This document shows positions 39,807 to 50,007 of a stretch of DNA of 64,000 nt, one piece after another. Source of the stretch: Minisyncoccota bacterium (lineage in GTDB: Bacteria; Patescibacteriota; Minisyncoccia; Phycocordibacterales; GCA-2747955); the NCBI GenBank assembly GCA_020628915.1, contig JAHDEI010000002.1, positions 7,153 to 71,152 on the forward strand, given 5' to 3'. Positions within the stretch are counted from its first letter, which is position 1. The number at the start of each line of letters is the position of its first letter. The position numbers and the translations under genes are program-made. The notes under the pieces are model-generated. The model saw only the letters and a program-made list of their open reading frames with translations. It did no database searches and was not told the origin of the DNA.

Positions 39807-40039
39807 GGATTTCCTTTCTATACCTAGTTTCCGCTAGAAACAAATCTACACTAGAGTGCACGTATTTTCAAGAGAGGTGGAGTTTTTTTTCTGGTTTGCT
39901 ATACTCTCATACGAAATTATGCATCTGCATAATGTTCATTAATTAGCAGGGTGAATATATTTCTAACACTGTATCGTGATTATTGCTTAGCGTTACGAGA
40001 TGCAGCAGTTATATATTCCAACTATCTATCATTTATATT

Positions 40040-41128
40040 ATGACAACAAATATGGATACAATCTTCCAGGGTGTGGAAGTCCCTTTTATTGTTGGTGACA
40101 ACGCAGAAGGTGTCGTTTTGGATATTGACCGAAACGCTATGTACATTGACCTCTCCCCTTTTGGAACAGGTCTGATTTTTGGTCGAGAATTTTTAACGAT
40201 CAAAGACATTATTAAAAATATCAATATCGGTGACACTGTTACTGCCCAAGTAGTAGATCTCGAAGGTGAAGATGGCTACATTGAGCTCTCACTCAAAGAA
40301 GCACGGAAAGCTACTATCTGGAAAGAAGCAGCAGACTACATGAAAGACGGTACTGTCTTGTCGCTTCCAGTAAAAGAAGCGAACAAAGGAGGTTTGATGA
40401 TCTCATGGCAAGGAATCAAAGGGTTCTTGCCTGCGTCTCAATTAGGGCCAGAAAACTATCCTTCTGTCTCTGGTGGTGATAAAAACCGAATCCTTCTAGA
40501 GCTTGAAAAGCTTGTTGGAAAGAAAATTGATGTGCAAATCATCACAGTAGACCCTCAAGAAGAGAAACTTATCTTCTCTGAAAAACATGATGGTGCTAAA
40601 CGACCACAAGCACGTCGTTCTTCAGGATCAAGACAAAAACAAGACCTGACAACTCTTTATTCAGTTGGAGATACAGCAACAGGGACTGTTACTGGTGTTG
40701 TAGACTTTGGAGTATTCGTACGGATTGCAGATAACCTAGAAGGTCTCGTGCACATCTCGGAGATTTCGTGGTCACTTGTTGAGCATCCAGAGAAAATGTA
40801 CTCTGTTGGAGACGAAGTTGAAGTAAAGATTATTGAAGTAGAACCAGAAAAAGTTTCACTTTCTATCAAGGCACTGAAAGACAACCCTTGGTCACTTGCT
40901 AAAGACAAGTACACAAAAGACCAAGAAGTAGATGCTGTTGTAATCCGATACAACGAGCACGGAGCACTAGTTTCAGTCGAAGAAGGTGTGGCAGGACTTG
41001 TCCACGTATCTGACTTTGAAGATCTTGATGCACTCAAGACAGAATTATCTCTTGGAACCCCATACAAATTCAAAATTAATGTATTTGATGCAGACAAACA
41101 AAAGATGACACTGTCACTGACAAAATAA
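40040..41128 (+). CDS. rpsA: 30S ribosomal protein S1 (four S1 domains)
   Basis: ANKGGL, GFLPASQL, DFGVFV...EGLVHISEISW repeats. Confidence 0.93.
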   Translation: MTTNMDTIFQGVEVPFIVGDNAEGVVLDIDRNAMYIDLSPFGTGLIFGREFLTIKDIIKNINIGDTVTAQVVDLEGEDGYIELSLKEARKATIWKEAADYMKDGTVLSLPVKEANKGGLMISWQGIKGFLPASQLGPENYPSVSGGDKNRILLELEKLVGKKIDVQIITVDPQEEKLIFSEKHDGAKRPQARRSSGSRQKQDLTTLYSVGDTATGTVTGVVDFGVFVRIADNLEGLVHISEISWSLVEHPEKMYSVGDEVEVKIIEVEPEKVSLSIKALKDNPWSLAKDKYTKDQEVDAVVIRYNEHGALVSVEEGVAGLVHVSDFEDLDALKTELSLGTPYKFKINVFDADKQKMTLSLTK

Positions 41129-41266
41129 GACACAAATAAACAGCGCAGCCTTCCGGCCGCTAGAAAAAAATACAGCGCATCGCTGTATTTTTCCTAGGTT
41201 TTTTATTACTTATTCATAATTTTTCCAACAATATTCTTTATTGGTAGTTATATTTCAGCACCCACA

Positions 41267-41719
41267 TCACTGTTTAAACTCTGCTCTAATCATATCTCTA
41301 ATAGTTCGATACAACAAAAAGAAGATGTATCCACCTAATGTTCCAACTGCAACATCAATAATAGTGTCAGGCCAATACGCGGGTGAGATAACTGTGCGTC
41401 CAACGATAAATTCAATAATCTCCCATGCAATTGCTGTTGCCAACACCAATAACACCGTTGTGGTAAAGACATTCCTTGGTTTTCTCTCAATCCGAATCCA
41501 GCGCCTGGTACGAGGGTTTGAATACACAACGTAAAAATACAAGCCAGCCAAAAAGAATCCACCCAAGAAGTGGACCGGAATATCAATCCATCGATAATAG
41601 AAATACAAAGAATATTTAACAGCCAGCAGATCAAAGCCCAGCAATGCCCCAAACAATAAAACAAAGATATAAATCCTCCTGTCAAAATACTGAGAAATAA
41701 AAGAGATGATCTTTTTCAT
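41267..41719 (-). CDS. membrane protein (DUF2238/VanZ-like)
   Basis: W.D...HF.GG, WE..E, DT..D...G..G motifs. Confidence 0.7.
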   Translation of the reverse strand: MKKIISFISQYFDRRIYIFVLLFGALLGFDLLAVKYSLYFYYRWIDIPVHFLGGFFLAGLYFYVVYSNPRTRRWIRIERKPRNVFTTTVLLVLATAIAWEIIEFIVGRTVISPAYWPDTIIDVAVGTLGGYIFFLLYRTIRDMIRAEFKQ

Positions 41720-41773
41720 TCCATTAAGACTAACACACCAAAAAAGACATTGCATCGCAATGTCTTTTTTGGT

Positions 41774-41902
41774 GTGAGCCTACTTAAAAGAAGTAGCCTA
41801 GAAAAATATAAGTGGGTGCCTGAGGGACAGACCACGGCCTGCCCGAACTTCCAGCTCCCCTAGGCGTATGGTAGCTAGTTACTTCTTTAAACGAAGGCTC
41901 AC
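41774..41902 (-). ncRNA. candidate 6S-like RNA
   Basis: Rod-shaped self-complementarity with central bubble, TGATATAAT promoter just upstream, terminator 41736-41774, no ORF. Confidence 0.55.
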
Positions 41903-41973
41903 TCACACATTATATCACTCGATAGTATTGTCAGCATGTGAATAAAACAAAACGACCTTTCGGTCGTTTTGTT

Positions 41974-42564
41974 TTATTCCATAATTCCGTCAAGATTCAC
42001 ATCGTACAAGATCTTTTCTTGAACGATGGTGTAATCAACGATTTCGTCATCGCTAAACCAGATAGCGATCTCTCGTTCGGCTTCATCGACATCCTCTGAA
42101 CAGTGGATGAGATTCCGTACTGCCCTATCGTCTTTTGCAGAATATGCGTATGAATCAATAGTAAAGTCACCTCGAATTGTGCCGATGTCAGCTGTTGCTG
42201 GTTCAGTTGTTCCTACCAGTGAAGTAACAACTGCTGTAGCCATGTGGCCTTCGATAACCATCATCACTACTGGACCTGCAGTAATATACTTTGCAATCCC
42301 TCCGATGATATCTCGACCGTACTCGATTGCCTCTTTTTCAATCGGCAGCCCTGCTGACTGTCGATCACGAACAACCCCCTCTCCTTTTCTTTGGAACCAT
42401 TCGTCATCTTTGTTGTAATGTGCAAACACTTGGTCTTCCTTTGCAACAGCAAGTTTCATTCCTGTTACCTTCAGACCCTTTCGCTCAAACCGAGTGATAA
42501 TTTGACCAACCAGTGATCGTTGTACCGCGTCAGGTTTTAAAATAATTAAACTTCTTTCTATCAT
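41974..42564 (-). CDS. ndk: nucleoside diphosphate kinase (long form)
   Basis: LKPDAVQR, GTIRGDF, NLIHCSE. Confidence 0.95.
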   Translation of the reverse strand: MIERSLIILKPDAVQRSLVGQIITRFERKGLKVTGMKLAVAKEDQVFAHYNKDDEWFQRKGEGVVRDRQSAGLPIEKEAIEYGRDIIGGIAKYITAGPVVMMVIEGHMATAVVTSLVGTTEPATADIGTIRGDFTIDSYAYSAKDDRAVRNLIHCSEDVDEAEREIAIWFSDDEIVDYTIVQEKILYDVNLDGIME

Positions 42565-42879
42565 ATATACATTTGATTATGGAATAGTAATCTGCCGTAT
42601 CATACCAAAATACAAACAAAACACACGTCTTTAAGCCAAAAATGTTGTATAACTAATTCACAATTGACCCAGAAAAAAATGAGAGTAAAATACTCTCTTG
42701 CTGTTCTTTACATAATTTCTAAGCACAAGGATCAAATTGCCGTTTGTGCATGAAAATTATGACAAAACTAGATAATACGTATTAACTAAAAAGAGGGTTT
42801 CTAGTCCCTCTTTTTGGTTAATTGACAATCAGATTAAACCGAACTATGATCTTTATCAGAATTTACGAAAGGAGCCGGT

Positions 42880-43263
42880 GTGCCCACGATTAAACAAATA
42901 AACAAGAAAATTAGAAAATTTGGAATCCAAATAAGAAAAGATATTCTTTCTCAACTAATAGATCCTAATGCCTGGAAAGACAGTGATTGGTTCTTTGCCC
43001 TTCTTAAATGCATCAAAGAGCTCAACTTGGTTCACTATTCTAGACTAGCCCAAACAATGGGATACCGTGACTCAACAACAGTATTTCGCTGGTTCAAGGG
43101 AGAATCACTACCTGACTCGTTCCGTAGACAAGCCACTCTTAAAGTACTAACACAACTTATTAGATATGACTTGGAACGTCTTGAGAAGTCTGATTCTTAC
43201 AAGCCTGTCGGTGGGCTCAGTATGCGCATAGATCCAAAGTTATATGTCAAAATAAAATTCTGA
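42880..43263 (+). CDS. putative XRE-type helix-turn-helix protein
   Basis: YSRLAQTMGYRDSTTVFRWFKGESLP; AAAGGAG RBS, TTGACA promoter. Confidence 0.6.
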   Translation: MPTIKQINKKIRKFGIQIRKDILSQLIDPNAWKDSDWFFALLKCIKELNLVHYSRLAQTMGYRDSTTVFRWFKGESLPDSFRRQATLKVLTQLIRYDLERLEKSDSYKPVGGLSMRIDPKLYVKIKF

Positions 43264-43293
43264 AAAACAAAAGCCTCTATAATACAGAGGCTT

Positions 43294-45282
43294 TTATCGT
43301 ATCTCGTACCCTTTCTTCTCTAGTGCTTTATAGACTACATCCATTACTTTGTTTGCCCATTCATCTGACAAGGTCTCGGTATCTGATTGGAATACCATTC
43401 TAAACGCAAATGATTTCCGCTTGCGTCCCGAACCTGCTGAGGGGTCTTCTTTTTCAAAAATATCAAACAGTTCAAATGACCTGGTCTCTTCTGGTAGCAA
43501 TCCTTTAATCAACTCTTCAGCTTCACTAACTGTTGTTTCAACTGGAACAAATACAGCCACATCCCGATCAATACGTGGATACTTTGATGGCTTTTTATAC
43601 GAAATCTCTTTTCCAATATGTGGCAACATCAGTGACATATTAATCTCCCACCAATTAACGCCAACGAGACCGATATGTTCGTCTCCGACAGAAACTACCG
43701 CATGAGCGCCAATTGCTGGATCTTCATGAGATTCCCATACTAGTTTGATACCCAGTGCATCTACAGCCGAATCAACAACTCCTTTCGTTTGTAAAAATAG
43801 TTCTTGTTTTTGTTTTTCTTTGATCTTTCTACGTCCAATGACACCAGCCCAATGCCAGGTCTCCAGAACACCGGTTGAATCCATTCCAGAAAAGATTTTT
43901 CCAATTTCAAATAGTCGAGGCTCATCTGTGTATGCGAGGTTTCGGTCTGCCTTCGCAACTAGGTCACTCCCTAGGTGACTCCTCAAAAAACCAGCGTTTT
44001 TATTCAGTGGATTAGCAAGCTCAACAACACCTGATTCAGCTAATGTCCTGTTTTTAACTTCGTAAAATCCAAGTGCCAGCAAACGATCAGATATTGTTCG
44101 TGTTGCCTTCGTGAGATTTGAAATTTCAGGTAGCGGGAATCCATCTGTCGGCATTTCCGCCTCAAGATTTTCGTACCCATATAGTCGACCTACTTCTTCT
44201 ATCAGATCGCCTGCGAAAGAAATGTCAGGTCTGTCAATTGGAACGACCATGGCAAATTCGTCATCACCATCTTGTGATACCTCACACCCAACTCGTTTTA
44301 AAATAGATACAATATCTTCCTTACTGAGATCAAGTCCCAGAATTCTGTTCGTGGTAGAAACAGAAAGCTTTACCTCTCTGTTTCCCTCCTTATCAGGGTT
44401 GGTATCTACAATCTCGTCAGAAACTGTAGCTTGAGCTAACTCTCTCATTAAATATGCGAATTGCAACATGGCATCATCAATTTTTGAAACAGGAACCTCA
44501 TTCTCGAATCGTTTTGATGCATCAGTATGCAACTTTAATGTTCGTGCAGTGTTCCGAATATTCTGGAAATCAAAATTACACGCTGATAACAGTACGGTTT
44601 TTGTATTTTTATCTACACCAGAATTCTCTCCTCCCTTAACTCCTGCGATATCTAATGCCTTCTCAGAATCAGCAATCACTAACATTGACGAGTCGAGCTT
44701 ATGTTCAGCTCCAGTCAGGTCGGTCACTTTTTCTCCGTCTTGCGCATATCTGATATCGACTTGCTTTGCTCCCTCTCCTGCAATTTTGTCATAATCAAAC
44801 GCGTGAACAGGCTGTCCGGTCTCCCACATAACATAGTTAGTGATATCAACCACATTATTAATTGATTTCTGACCGATTGATTCAAGCATCTCTACAAGCC
44901 ACTGGGGCGAAGGACCCACCTGCACACCTGTTGCGATTCGTTTTGTTGCTCTCTGTACCCCCTCTTCTACAACCAACCTAACAAAGTCAGAAGTTTTTAA
45001 ATTTGCATCAAACGATTCATCGACAATCTCTGGTTTCATCCATTTTTTGTATGAAATATCCAAAACAGCACCAATTTCACGTGCCATCCCTTGGTAACAC
45101 AAAGAGTCTGATGATCTGTTTGGTAACACATCCCAATCAATTAGTGTGTCTCCATGTGGAGCTTCTTCGATCCCCTCCAGTTCAAATGAGTGTAGCCCAA
45201 CAACACTCCCCAAATCTTCAGGTTTTGGTAGCTTGTCATCAAAGTGTAGTTGTAGCCAATTGTAAGAAAAATTCATAATCAA
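43294..45282 (-). CDS. pheT: phenylalanyl-tRNA synthetase beta subunit (lacks B2 domain)
   Basis: LPNR.D, SINNVVDITNYV..ETGQPVHAFD, R.DI....DLIEEVGR.YGY, FDX-ACB C-terminus. Confidence 0.95.
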   Translation of the reverse strand: MIMNFSYNWLQLHFDDKLPKPEDLGSVVGLHSFELEGIEEAPHGDTLIDWDVLPNRSSDSLCYQGMAREIGAVLDISYKKWMKPEIVDESFDANLKTSDFVRLVVEEGVQRATKRIATGVQVGPSPQWLVEMLESIGQKSINNVVDITNYVMWETGQPVHAFDYDKIAGEGAKQVDIRYAQDGEKVTDLTGAEHKLDSSMLVIADSEKALDIAGVKGGENSGVDKNTKTVLLSACNFDFQNIRNTARTLKLHTDASKRFENEVPVSKIDDAMLQFAYLMRELAQATVSDEIVDTNPDKEGNREVKLSVSTTNRILGLDLSKEDIVSILKRVGCEVSQDGDDEFAMVVPIDRPDISFAGDLIEEVGRLYGYENLEAEMPTDGFPLPEISNLTKATRTISDRLLALGFYEVKNRTLAESGVVELANPLNKNAGFLRSHLGSDLVAKADRNLAYTDEPRLFEIGKIFSGMDSTGVLETWHWAGVIGRRKIKEKQKQELFLQTKGVVDSAVDALGIKLVWESHEDPAIGAHAVVSVGDEHIGLVGVNWWEINMSLMLPHIGKEISYKKPSKYPRIDRDVAVFVPVETTVSEAEELIKGLLPEETRSFELFDIFEKEDPSAGSGRKRKSFAFRMVFQSDTETLSDEWANKVMDVVYKALEKKGYEIR

Positions 45283-45285
45283 ATA

Positions 45286-46065
45286 TTAAAATTGCTCGAT
45301 AAATGGGATGTCTCCATCGTAAAAATCACGAATATCATCTACACCATATTTAAGCATGACAAGTCGTTCGATCCCCATTCCAAACGCAAAACCTTGGAAC
45401 TGTTTTGAATTAATTTCAGCTGAATCAAGAACATGTGGATGCACCATTCCTGCCCCCAAGATTTCAATCCACCCCGATCCTTTACAAACGTTGCATTCTT
45501 TATTTTCTCCATGGCATTTTGTACAAGTCACGTCCACCTCGATCCCAGGCTCAACAAACGGAAAATACCCCGGGCGAAATCGAAGAGAAACTGAATCATC
45601 TCCAAAAAACTCTTGTAGAAATTGGAGTAGCACACCCTTTAGATTTGCGAGTGAGATTTCTTTACCAACCATCAGTCCCTCACATTGATGAAATTGTGCC
45701 TCGTGGGTTGCGTCTAATGCCTCATTACGAAAGACTCGCCCTGGTGCAATGATTCTAAATGGAGGATTTTTCTTTTCCATCATTGCACGGTTTTGCACTC
45801 CAGACGTATGGGTCCGCAAGACAGTCTTGTCTACACCTTTGATCCAAAAGGTATCTTGCATATCTCGGGCAGGATGGTTTTCTGGCACGTTCAAAGCGTC
45901 AAAATTGTGCCATTCGTCTTCTACCTCTGGACCTTCGGCAATTTCAAATCCCAGACGAGTAAAAATGTCTTCAATTTCTCGAATTGTCGAAGAGATAATA
46001 TGGAGATTCCCCTGTTTTTGTCTTGAGCCAGGAGCTGTTACATCAATAAATGTCATGTCTGACAT
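45286..46065 (-). CDS. pheS: phenylalanyl-tRNA synthetase alpha subunit (N-terminally short)
   Basis: NFDALN.P..HPARDMQDTF, LRTHTS, FHQCEG, YFPFVEP, GFAFGMGIERL. Confidence 0.96.
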   Translation of the reverse strand: MSDMTFIDVTAPGSRQKQGNLHIISSTIREIEDIFTRLGFEIAEGPEVEDEWHNFDALNVPENHPARDMQDTFWIKGVDKTVLRTHTSGVQNRAMMEKKNPPFRIIAPGRVFRNEALDATHEAQFHQCEGLMVGKEISLANLKGVLLQFLQEFFGDDSVSLRFRPGYFPFVEPGIEVDVTCTKCHGENKECNVCKGSGWIEILGAGMVHPHVLDSAEINSKQFQGFAFGMGIERLVMLKYGVDDIRDFYDGDIPFIEQF

Positions 46066-46153
46066 TGTAACATTTTAAGAAAAAGTAATTAAGATAATTT
46101 GACTAAAACATAATAAGTTGCTATAATTTAAATTAGAAATCTAGGAGTACAAA

Positions 46154-46360
46154 ATGAAAAAATATTTCTTCATCGTGCCTTTTATGGCGCTAGCTTCGCT
46201 CGTACTAATGTTCATGATGCAAGCAGAGTGGAGTTTATACGCACCAAAAATCTTTGGAGCAACGAGTGAGATCTCACTGGTGCAGGCATATACCTACACA
46301 TTTTTATCCTCACTTGTTACCTTCATTGTGTGTGACGTAGTAAGATGGAAATTGTCCTAA
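46154..46360 (+). CDS. small two-TM membrane protein
   Basis: TTGACT-N17-TATAAT, AGGAG RBS, terminator after. Confidence 0.6.
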   Translation: MKKYFFIVPFMALASLVLMFMMQAEWSLYAPKIFGATSEISLVQAYTYTFLSSLVTFIVCDVVRWKLS

Positions 46361-46433
46361 AAAGAGCCTCGCGAGAGGCTCTTAAAATTTGTAAATTTGT
46401 CCCCTCAGCACAACAGCGGTATACTACATACAA

Positions 46434-48011
46434 ATGAAAGAAGTAGAAGATCTCGCATACAAAGAAGCGCAAAGACAAAAGAAAAAGGCGAACAAACAAA
46501 TTCCTGAAAAACTTCAGGAGATTTTTGATTTAACGACAGGGTTTGACCAAAAACAACGCAACTTGATTCGTGATGCGTATTTTTTTGCAGAGCGCGCTCA
46601 TGAAGGACAATTGCGAAAATCTGGTGAGCCGTACTTTTACCATCTTGTCGAAACTGCAAAAAATCTTGCCAAACTAGGAATGGGAGCACGTGTCATTGTT
46701 GCTGGAATCCTACATGACTCAATCGAAGACGGTGTTGCGACCGAAGAAGAACTACTCTACGAATTTGGAGAAGAAATTTTATTCTTGGTTGATGGTGTTA
46801 CTAAACTAGGGCATGTGCGGTACCAAGGAATGAGACGCCACAACGAATCCCTACGTAAACTATTTGTTGCTACATCAAGAGACGTTCGAGTTTTAATTAT
46901 TAAATTTGCTGACCGACTGCATAACATGCAAACACTCGAACACGTCCGTGAAGACAAACGTGAGCGTATTGCCACCGAAACTCTCGAAATTTATGCTCCT
47001 CTTGCCTACCGTCTTGGTATTACTACTCTTTCTAAACAACTAGAGGACCTCTCTTTCCCATATGTGTACCCTGATGAACATAAAAAGGTCCGAGACATTC
47101 TTAAAGAACGATCCAAACAAACATTAGCGAAACTAGAGCGCATGGATCGATCAATATCAAAAAAGCTTGCAGCTGCTGGAATTAGAAAATTTAGAACAAC
47201 AAACAGGATCAAAGGGATTTATTCTTTTTATAAAAAACTAGAGCGAAAAAAGGGGGATGCAGATAAAATTTACGATGTAGCTGCCCTACGTATAATTGTT
47301 CCTGATATTGCAGACTGTTATCGTGTTCTAGGAATTGTACATCAACATTACAGGCCGATGGTGGGTCGCATCAAAGACTACATTGCTGTTCCGAAGCCTA
47401 ACGGTTACCAGTCAATTCACACCACAGTATTCACTGGAGATGGCGGACTAATTGAAATCCAAATTAGAACCGAAGAGATGCATGTTGACGCTGAACTTGG
47501 TGCTGCTTCTCACCTAGGCTACAAGAAAAAAGCAGAAGGTGCCACCGTTGATTCATGGGCCGTTCGCCTGATGGGTCGATTCAGTCAGTCTGCCCAGTCA
47601 AATCCAGACAATCCAACAGAAATGACCCCTGAATGGATTGAATCTCTTGCAGAACACTCTGACAACCCTGAGTCAGACTCTTTCCAAACTGAACTAAAAG
47701 AAGATTTCTTCAAACATCAGATTTTTGTATTCACTCCACTCGGTGAGGTAATTGTTCTGCCAGAAGAGTCAACACCTGTTGATTTTGCATACCAGGTCCA
47801 TACAGAGATTGGACACACCACGTCAGGTGCAAAAGTGCATGGAAAGATGGTCTCACTTGATACCAGACTCAACAACGGTGATATTGTAGAAATCTTAACG
47901 AGCAAAAAAGGTCGACCAAATACCAAATGGTTAGATTTTGTTATCACGAACGAAGCACGAAGAAAGATAAAGTCATTCTTTGAAAAAGAAGAAGCTGAAA
48001 AGAGCTCCTAA
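46434..48011 (+). CDS. rel: RelA/SpoT homolog (HD + synthetase + TGS, no ZFD/ACT)
   Basis: H.GQ.RKSGEPY, LHDSIED, KFADRLHNM, KPNGYQSIHT, EIQIRT, TPVDFAY.VHT. Confidence 0.93.
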   Translation: MKEVEDLAYKEAQRQKKKANKQIPEKLQEIFDLTTGFDQKQRNLIRDAYFFAERAHEGQLRKSGEPYFYHLVETAKNLAKLGMGARVIVAGILHDSIEDGVATEEELLYEFGEEILFLVDGVTKLGHVRYQGMRRHNESLRKLFVATSRDVRVLIIKFADRLHNMQTLEHVREDKRERIATETLEIYAPLAYRLGITTLSKQLEDLSFPYVYPDEHKKVRDILKERSKQTLAKLERMDRSISKKLAAAGIRKFRTTNRIKGIYSFYKKLERKKGDADKIYDVAALRIIVPDIADCYRVLGIVHQHYRPMVGRIKDYIAVPKPNGYQSIHTTVFTGDGGLIEIQIRTEEMHVDAELGAASHLGYKKKAEGATVDSWAVRLMGRFSQSAQSNPDNPTEMTPEWIESLAEHSDNPESDSFQTELKEDFFKHQIFVFTPLGEVIVLPEESTPVDFAYQVHTEIGHTTSGAKVHGKMVSLDTRLNNGDIVEILTSKKGRPNTKWLDFVITNEARRKIKSFFEKEEAEKSS

Positions 48012-48083
48012 TCTTGACACATTGTATATTTGTGTTAAAATAAAACTCATTTTAAATTTAAGTTTTTTCCAAAGGAGTTATTC

Positions 48084-49133
48084 GTGAAAAACTTTCTTAT
48101 TATTATTTGTTCTTTATTTTTTATGTGTGGATTAACAGCCTGTGGAGGTTCGTCAGAAACGGCACCTCCACCGCCACCTGAAGTGATCAACCCTCCCCCA
48201 CCCACACCAATGGCTTCACTGAATGCCGGTGACCAGGAAGAGTTGGGTGTGCCTCTTGAGGTACATTCGGTGATTGGGACATTTGAGTTCGACTCGAATG
48301 TTGATCTTGATGTTGACCAAGCCGTTCTTGTGATCAATATCATTGATTCAAAAACGACACCGTTTGACGAAATCTATATTGATGACGTCTACATCGCAAC
48401 AGAATCTGGTGAACGAGTCACAGACTGGGAAGATGCTGAACGAATTGACGGCCATCAACTGAGAGTTATCTGGAATGATGCTGAGTTCAAAAAAGAGAAC
48501 ACAAACCTCTTTGTTTATGCTCTCATCTACGAAGAGATCGTTGATGAGTCTTTATTCCAGATTCATTCACTGTCACTAAATGAAGCCGAAGATGCAGCAA
48601 GTGGAGAAACAGTGAACGTTGCACCACTTGAAACTTGGCCGACATTCGAAGTCAAAGGTCCCGAGATACGCCTATCGTTAGTTGAGTTGGAAAACACAAC
48701 ACTTCCGACCGAAGGTGATTCCCTGATGCTCGCGTCAATTCAATTTGATACGACGGATTCCGGGGAAGATGTTCTTCTCGAGACTTTCAGGCTCCAATTG
48801 GTTGCTCCTAACTACGAAGGAGATCTCGACGATTGCGAACTTCGTCTCGAAGATGGAACTCCTGTTGAAACCAGTGGCAACATCGACCGTACATCAGATG
48901 GCGATGAAACCTATTACGTTGACTTCGAGGAATTTGAAGGCCGCGGTAGAATTTTTGCCAAAAACGAGGTCACATTAATGAACATGTTTTGTCAGGTCCA
49001 GTCAGACCCCAACAGAACATTTCAGTGGAACCTAGGTTCCGCAGACTATGTTGATGGTGAAGGCTTTGATAGCTTTGTCCAAGTCACAGTCTCTGTTGAC
49101 GAAACACCAGGTACAGTCCTGACTGTCGAATAA
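48084..49133 (+). CDS. acidic lipoprotein with Pro-rich linker
   Basis: Lipobox LTAC-GG, PPPPP linker, beta-rich acidic body; TTGACA-N16-TAAAAT, AAGGAG. Confidence 0.75.
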   Translation: MKNFLIIICSLFFMCGLTACGGSSETAPPPPPEVINPPPPTPMASLNAGDQEELGVPLEVHSVIGTFEFDSNVDLDVDQAVLVINIIDSKTTPFDEIYIDDVYIATESGERVTDWEDAERIDGHQLRVIWNDAEFKKENTNLFVYALIYEEIVDESLFQIHSLSLNEAEDAASGETVNVAPLETWPTFEVKGPEIRLSLVELENTTLPTEGDSLMLASIQFDTTDSGEDVLLETFRLQLVAPNYEGDLDDCELRLEDGTPVETSGNIDRTSDGDETYYVDFEEFEGRGRIFAKNEVTLMNMFCQVQSDPNRTFQWNLGSADYVDGEGFDSFVQVTVSVDETPGTVLTVE

Positions 49134-49152
49134 ACACATAATACCTAGTAAT

Positions 49153-49178
49153 AAACGCGCCCTTCCGGGCGCGTTATT
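49153..49178. repeat. terminator palindrome, copy 1 of exact 26-bp repeat (copy 2 at 50159-50184)
   Basis: aaacgcgcccttccgggcgcgttatt identical at both sites. Confidence 0.85.
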
Positions 49179-49989
49179 CTTTTGCAGTCAAAAATGCCTC
49201 GACCCCAACCGGCAGATCGTCACGCGGAAATAACACGTAAGAGTCTTCACGAGCCCTAACCACAGAATCACCGTCGGTACATATAATCTCTCCCTTAACT
49301 AAAGGGTCAAATGTCTTTAGCTCTCTTGTAAACCGCAAGTCTGGGTTTTGTTTCTTATAAATACCACTCACTTGCAAAATCTTTTGCTCAGATCCGTCTT
49401 CGTCTGCAATTAATTCATTGATTAATCTAAAGTGATTTAAGAACTGATATGCTGTTTTTATACCCAATGGTACAAACTTTTCTGGATCTTCAATTGCACC
49501 AAGTTCAACACAAATTCCGATCTTACCTTGATTAAACATGTACCCGTCACTCCCACCTTTTTCATATTGATCTATCCCTGTTAAAACAATCGGTACGTCA
49601 AAGTTACTAACTATCTCAATGCAATCTTTCTCACATATAGCAAAAGGAGTGCTCTCGCCATATGGCTCGTTGTACGAGTGTAAATCTAACAATGCATCAC
49701 ATGTATCTAACAATTCCATTAACTCAACCGCCCTCTTCTCCTCATACGTCTCACCCTGGCTTGAGGTAGACAAAAAGCATCTATTTAAATTTTTTTCGGT
49801 ATACCGCACCCCCTGCTTGATTGCACGAGGATTTGCGTAAACCAAATACACTATTCCGCGCGTAACGACCAGATTATTAATCAAATAATCCAGAGTCATA
49901 ATTCCAGCTCGCTCATTGCCGTGCACTCCCGCAAAGATTGCAACCGTTGGGCCAGATTTCTTGCCCTGTAACATAATTACCTTATCCAT
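49174..49989 (-). CDS. succinylglutamate desuccinylase/aspartoacylase (M14) family protein
   Basis: GVHGNE, NLNRCF, LDLHS, VELG. Confidence 0.9.
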   Translation of the reverse strand: MDKVIMLQGKKSGPTVAIFAGVHGNERAGIMTLDYLINNLVVTRGIVYLVYANPRAIKQGVRYTEKNLNRCFLSTSSQGETYEEKRAVELMELLDTCDALLDLHSYNEPYGESTPFAICEKDCIEIVSNFDVPIVLTGIDQYEKGGSDGYMFNQGKIGICVELGAIEDPEKFVPLGIKTAYQFLNHFRLINELIADEDGSEQKILQVSGIYKKQNPDLRFTRELKTFDPLVKGEIICTDGDSVVRAREDSYVLFPRDDLPVGVEAFLTAKE

Positions 49990-50007
49990 ACTGTTTTCTT
50001 AATTAAT

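Noticed and set aside
41774-41902. SRP (4.5S) RNA identity for the rod-shaped RNA
   Set aside because: Lacks the helix-8 CAGG-GNRA-AGCA signature; 6S-like architecture fits better.
48163-48208. CCA/CCN-rich low-complexity repeat
   Set aside because: Encodes the Pro-rich linker of the lipoprotein.
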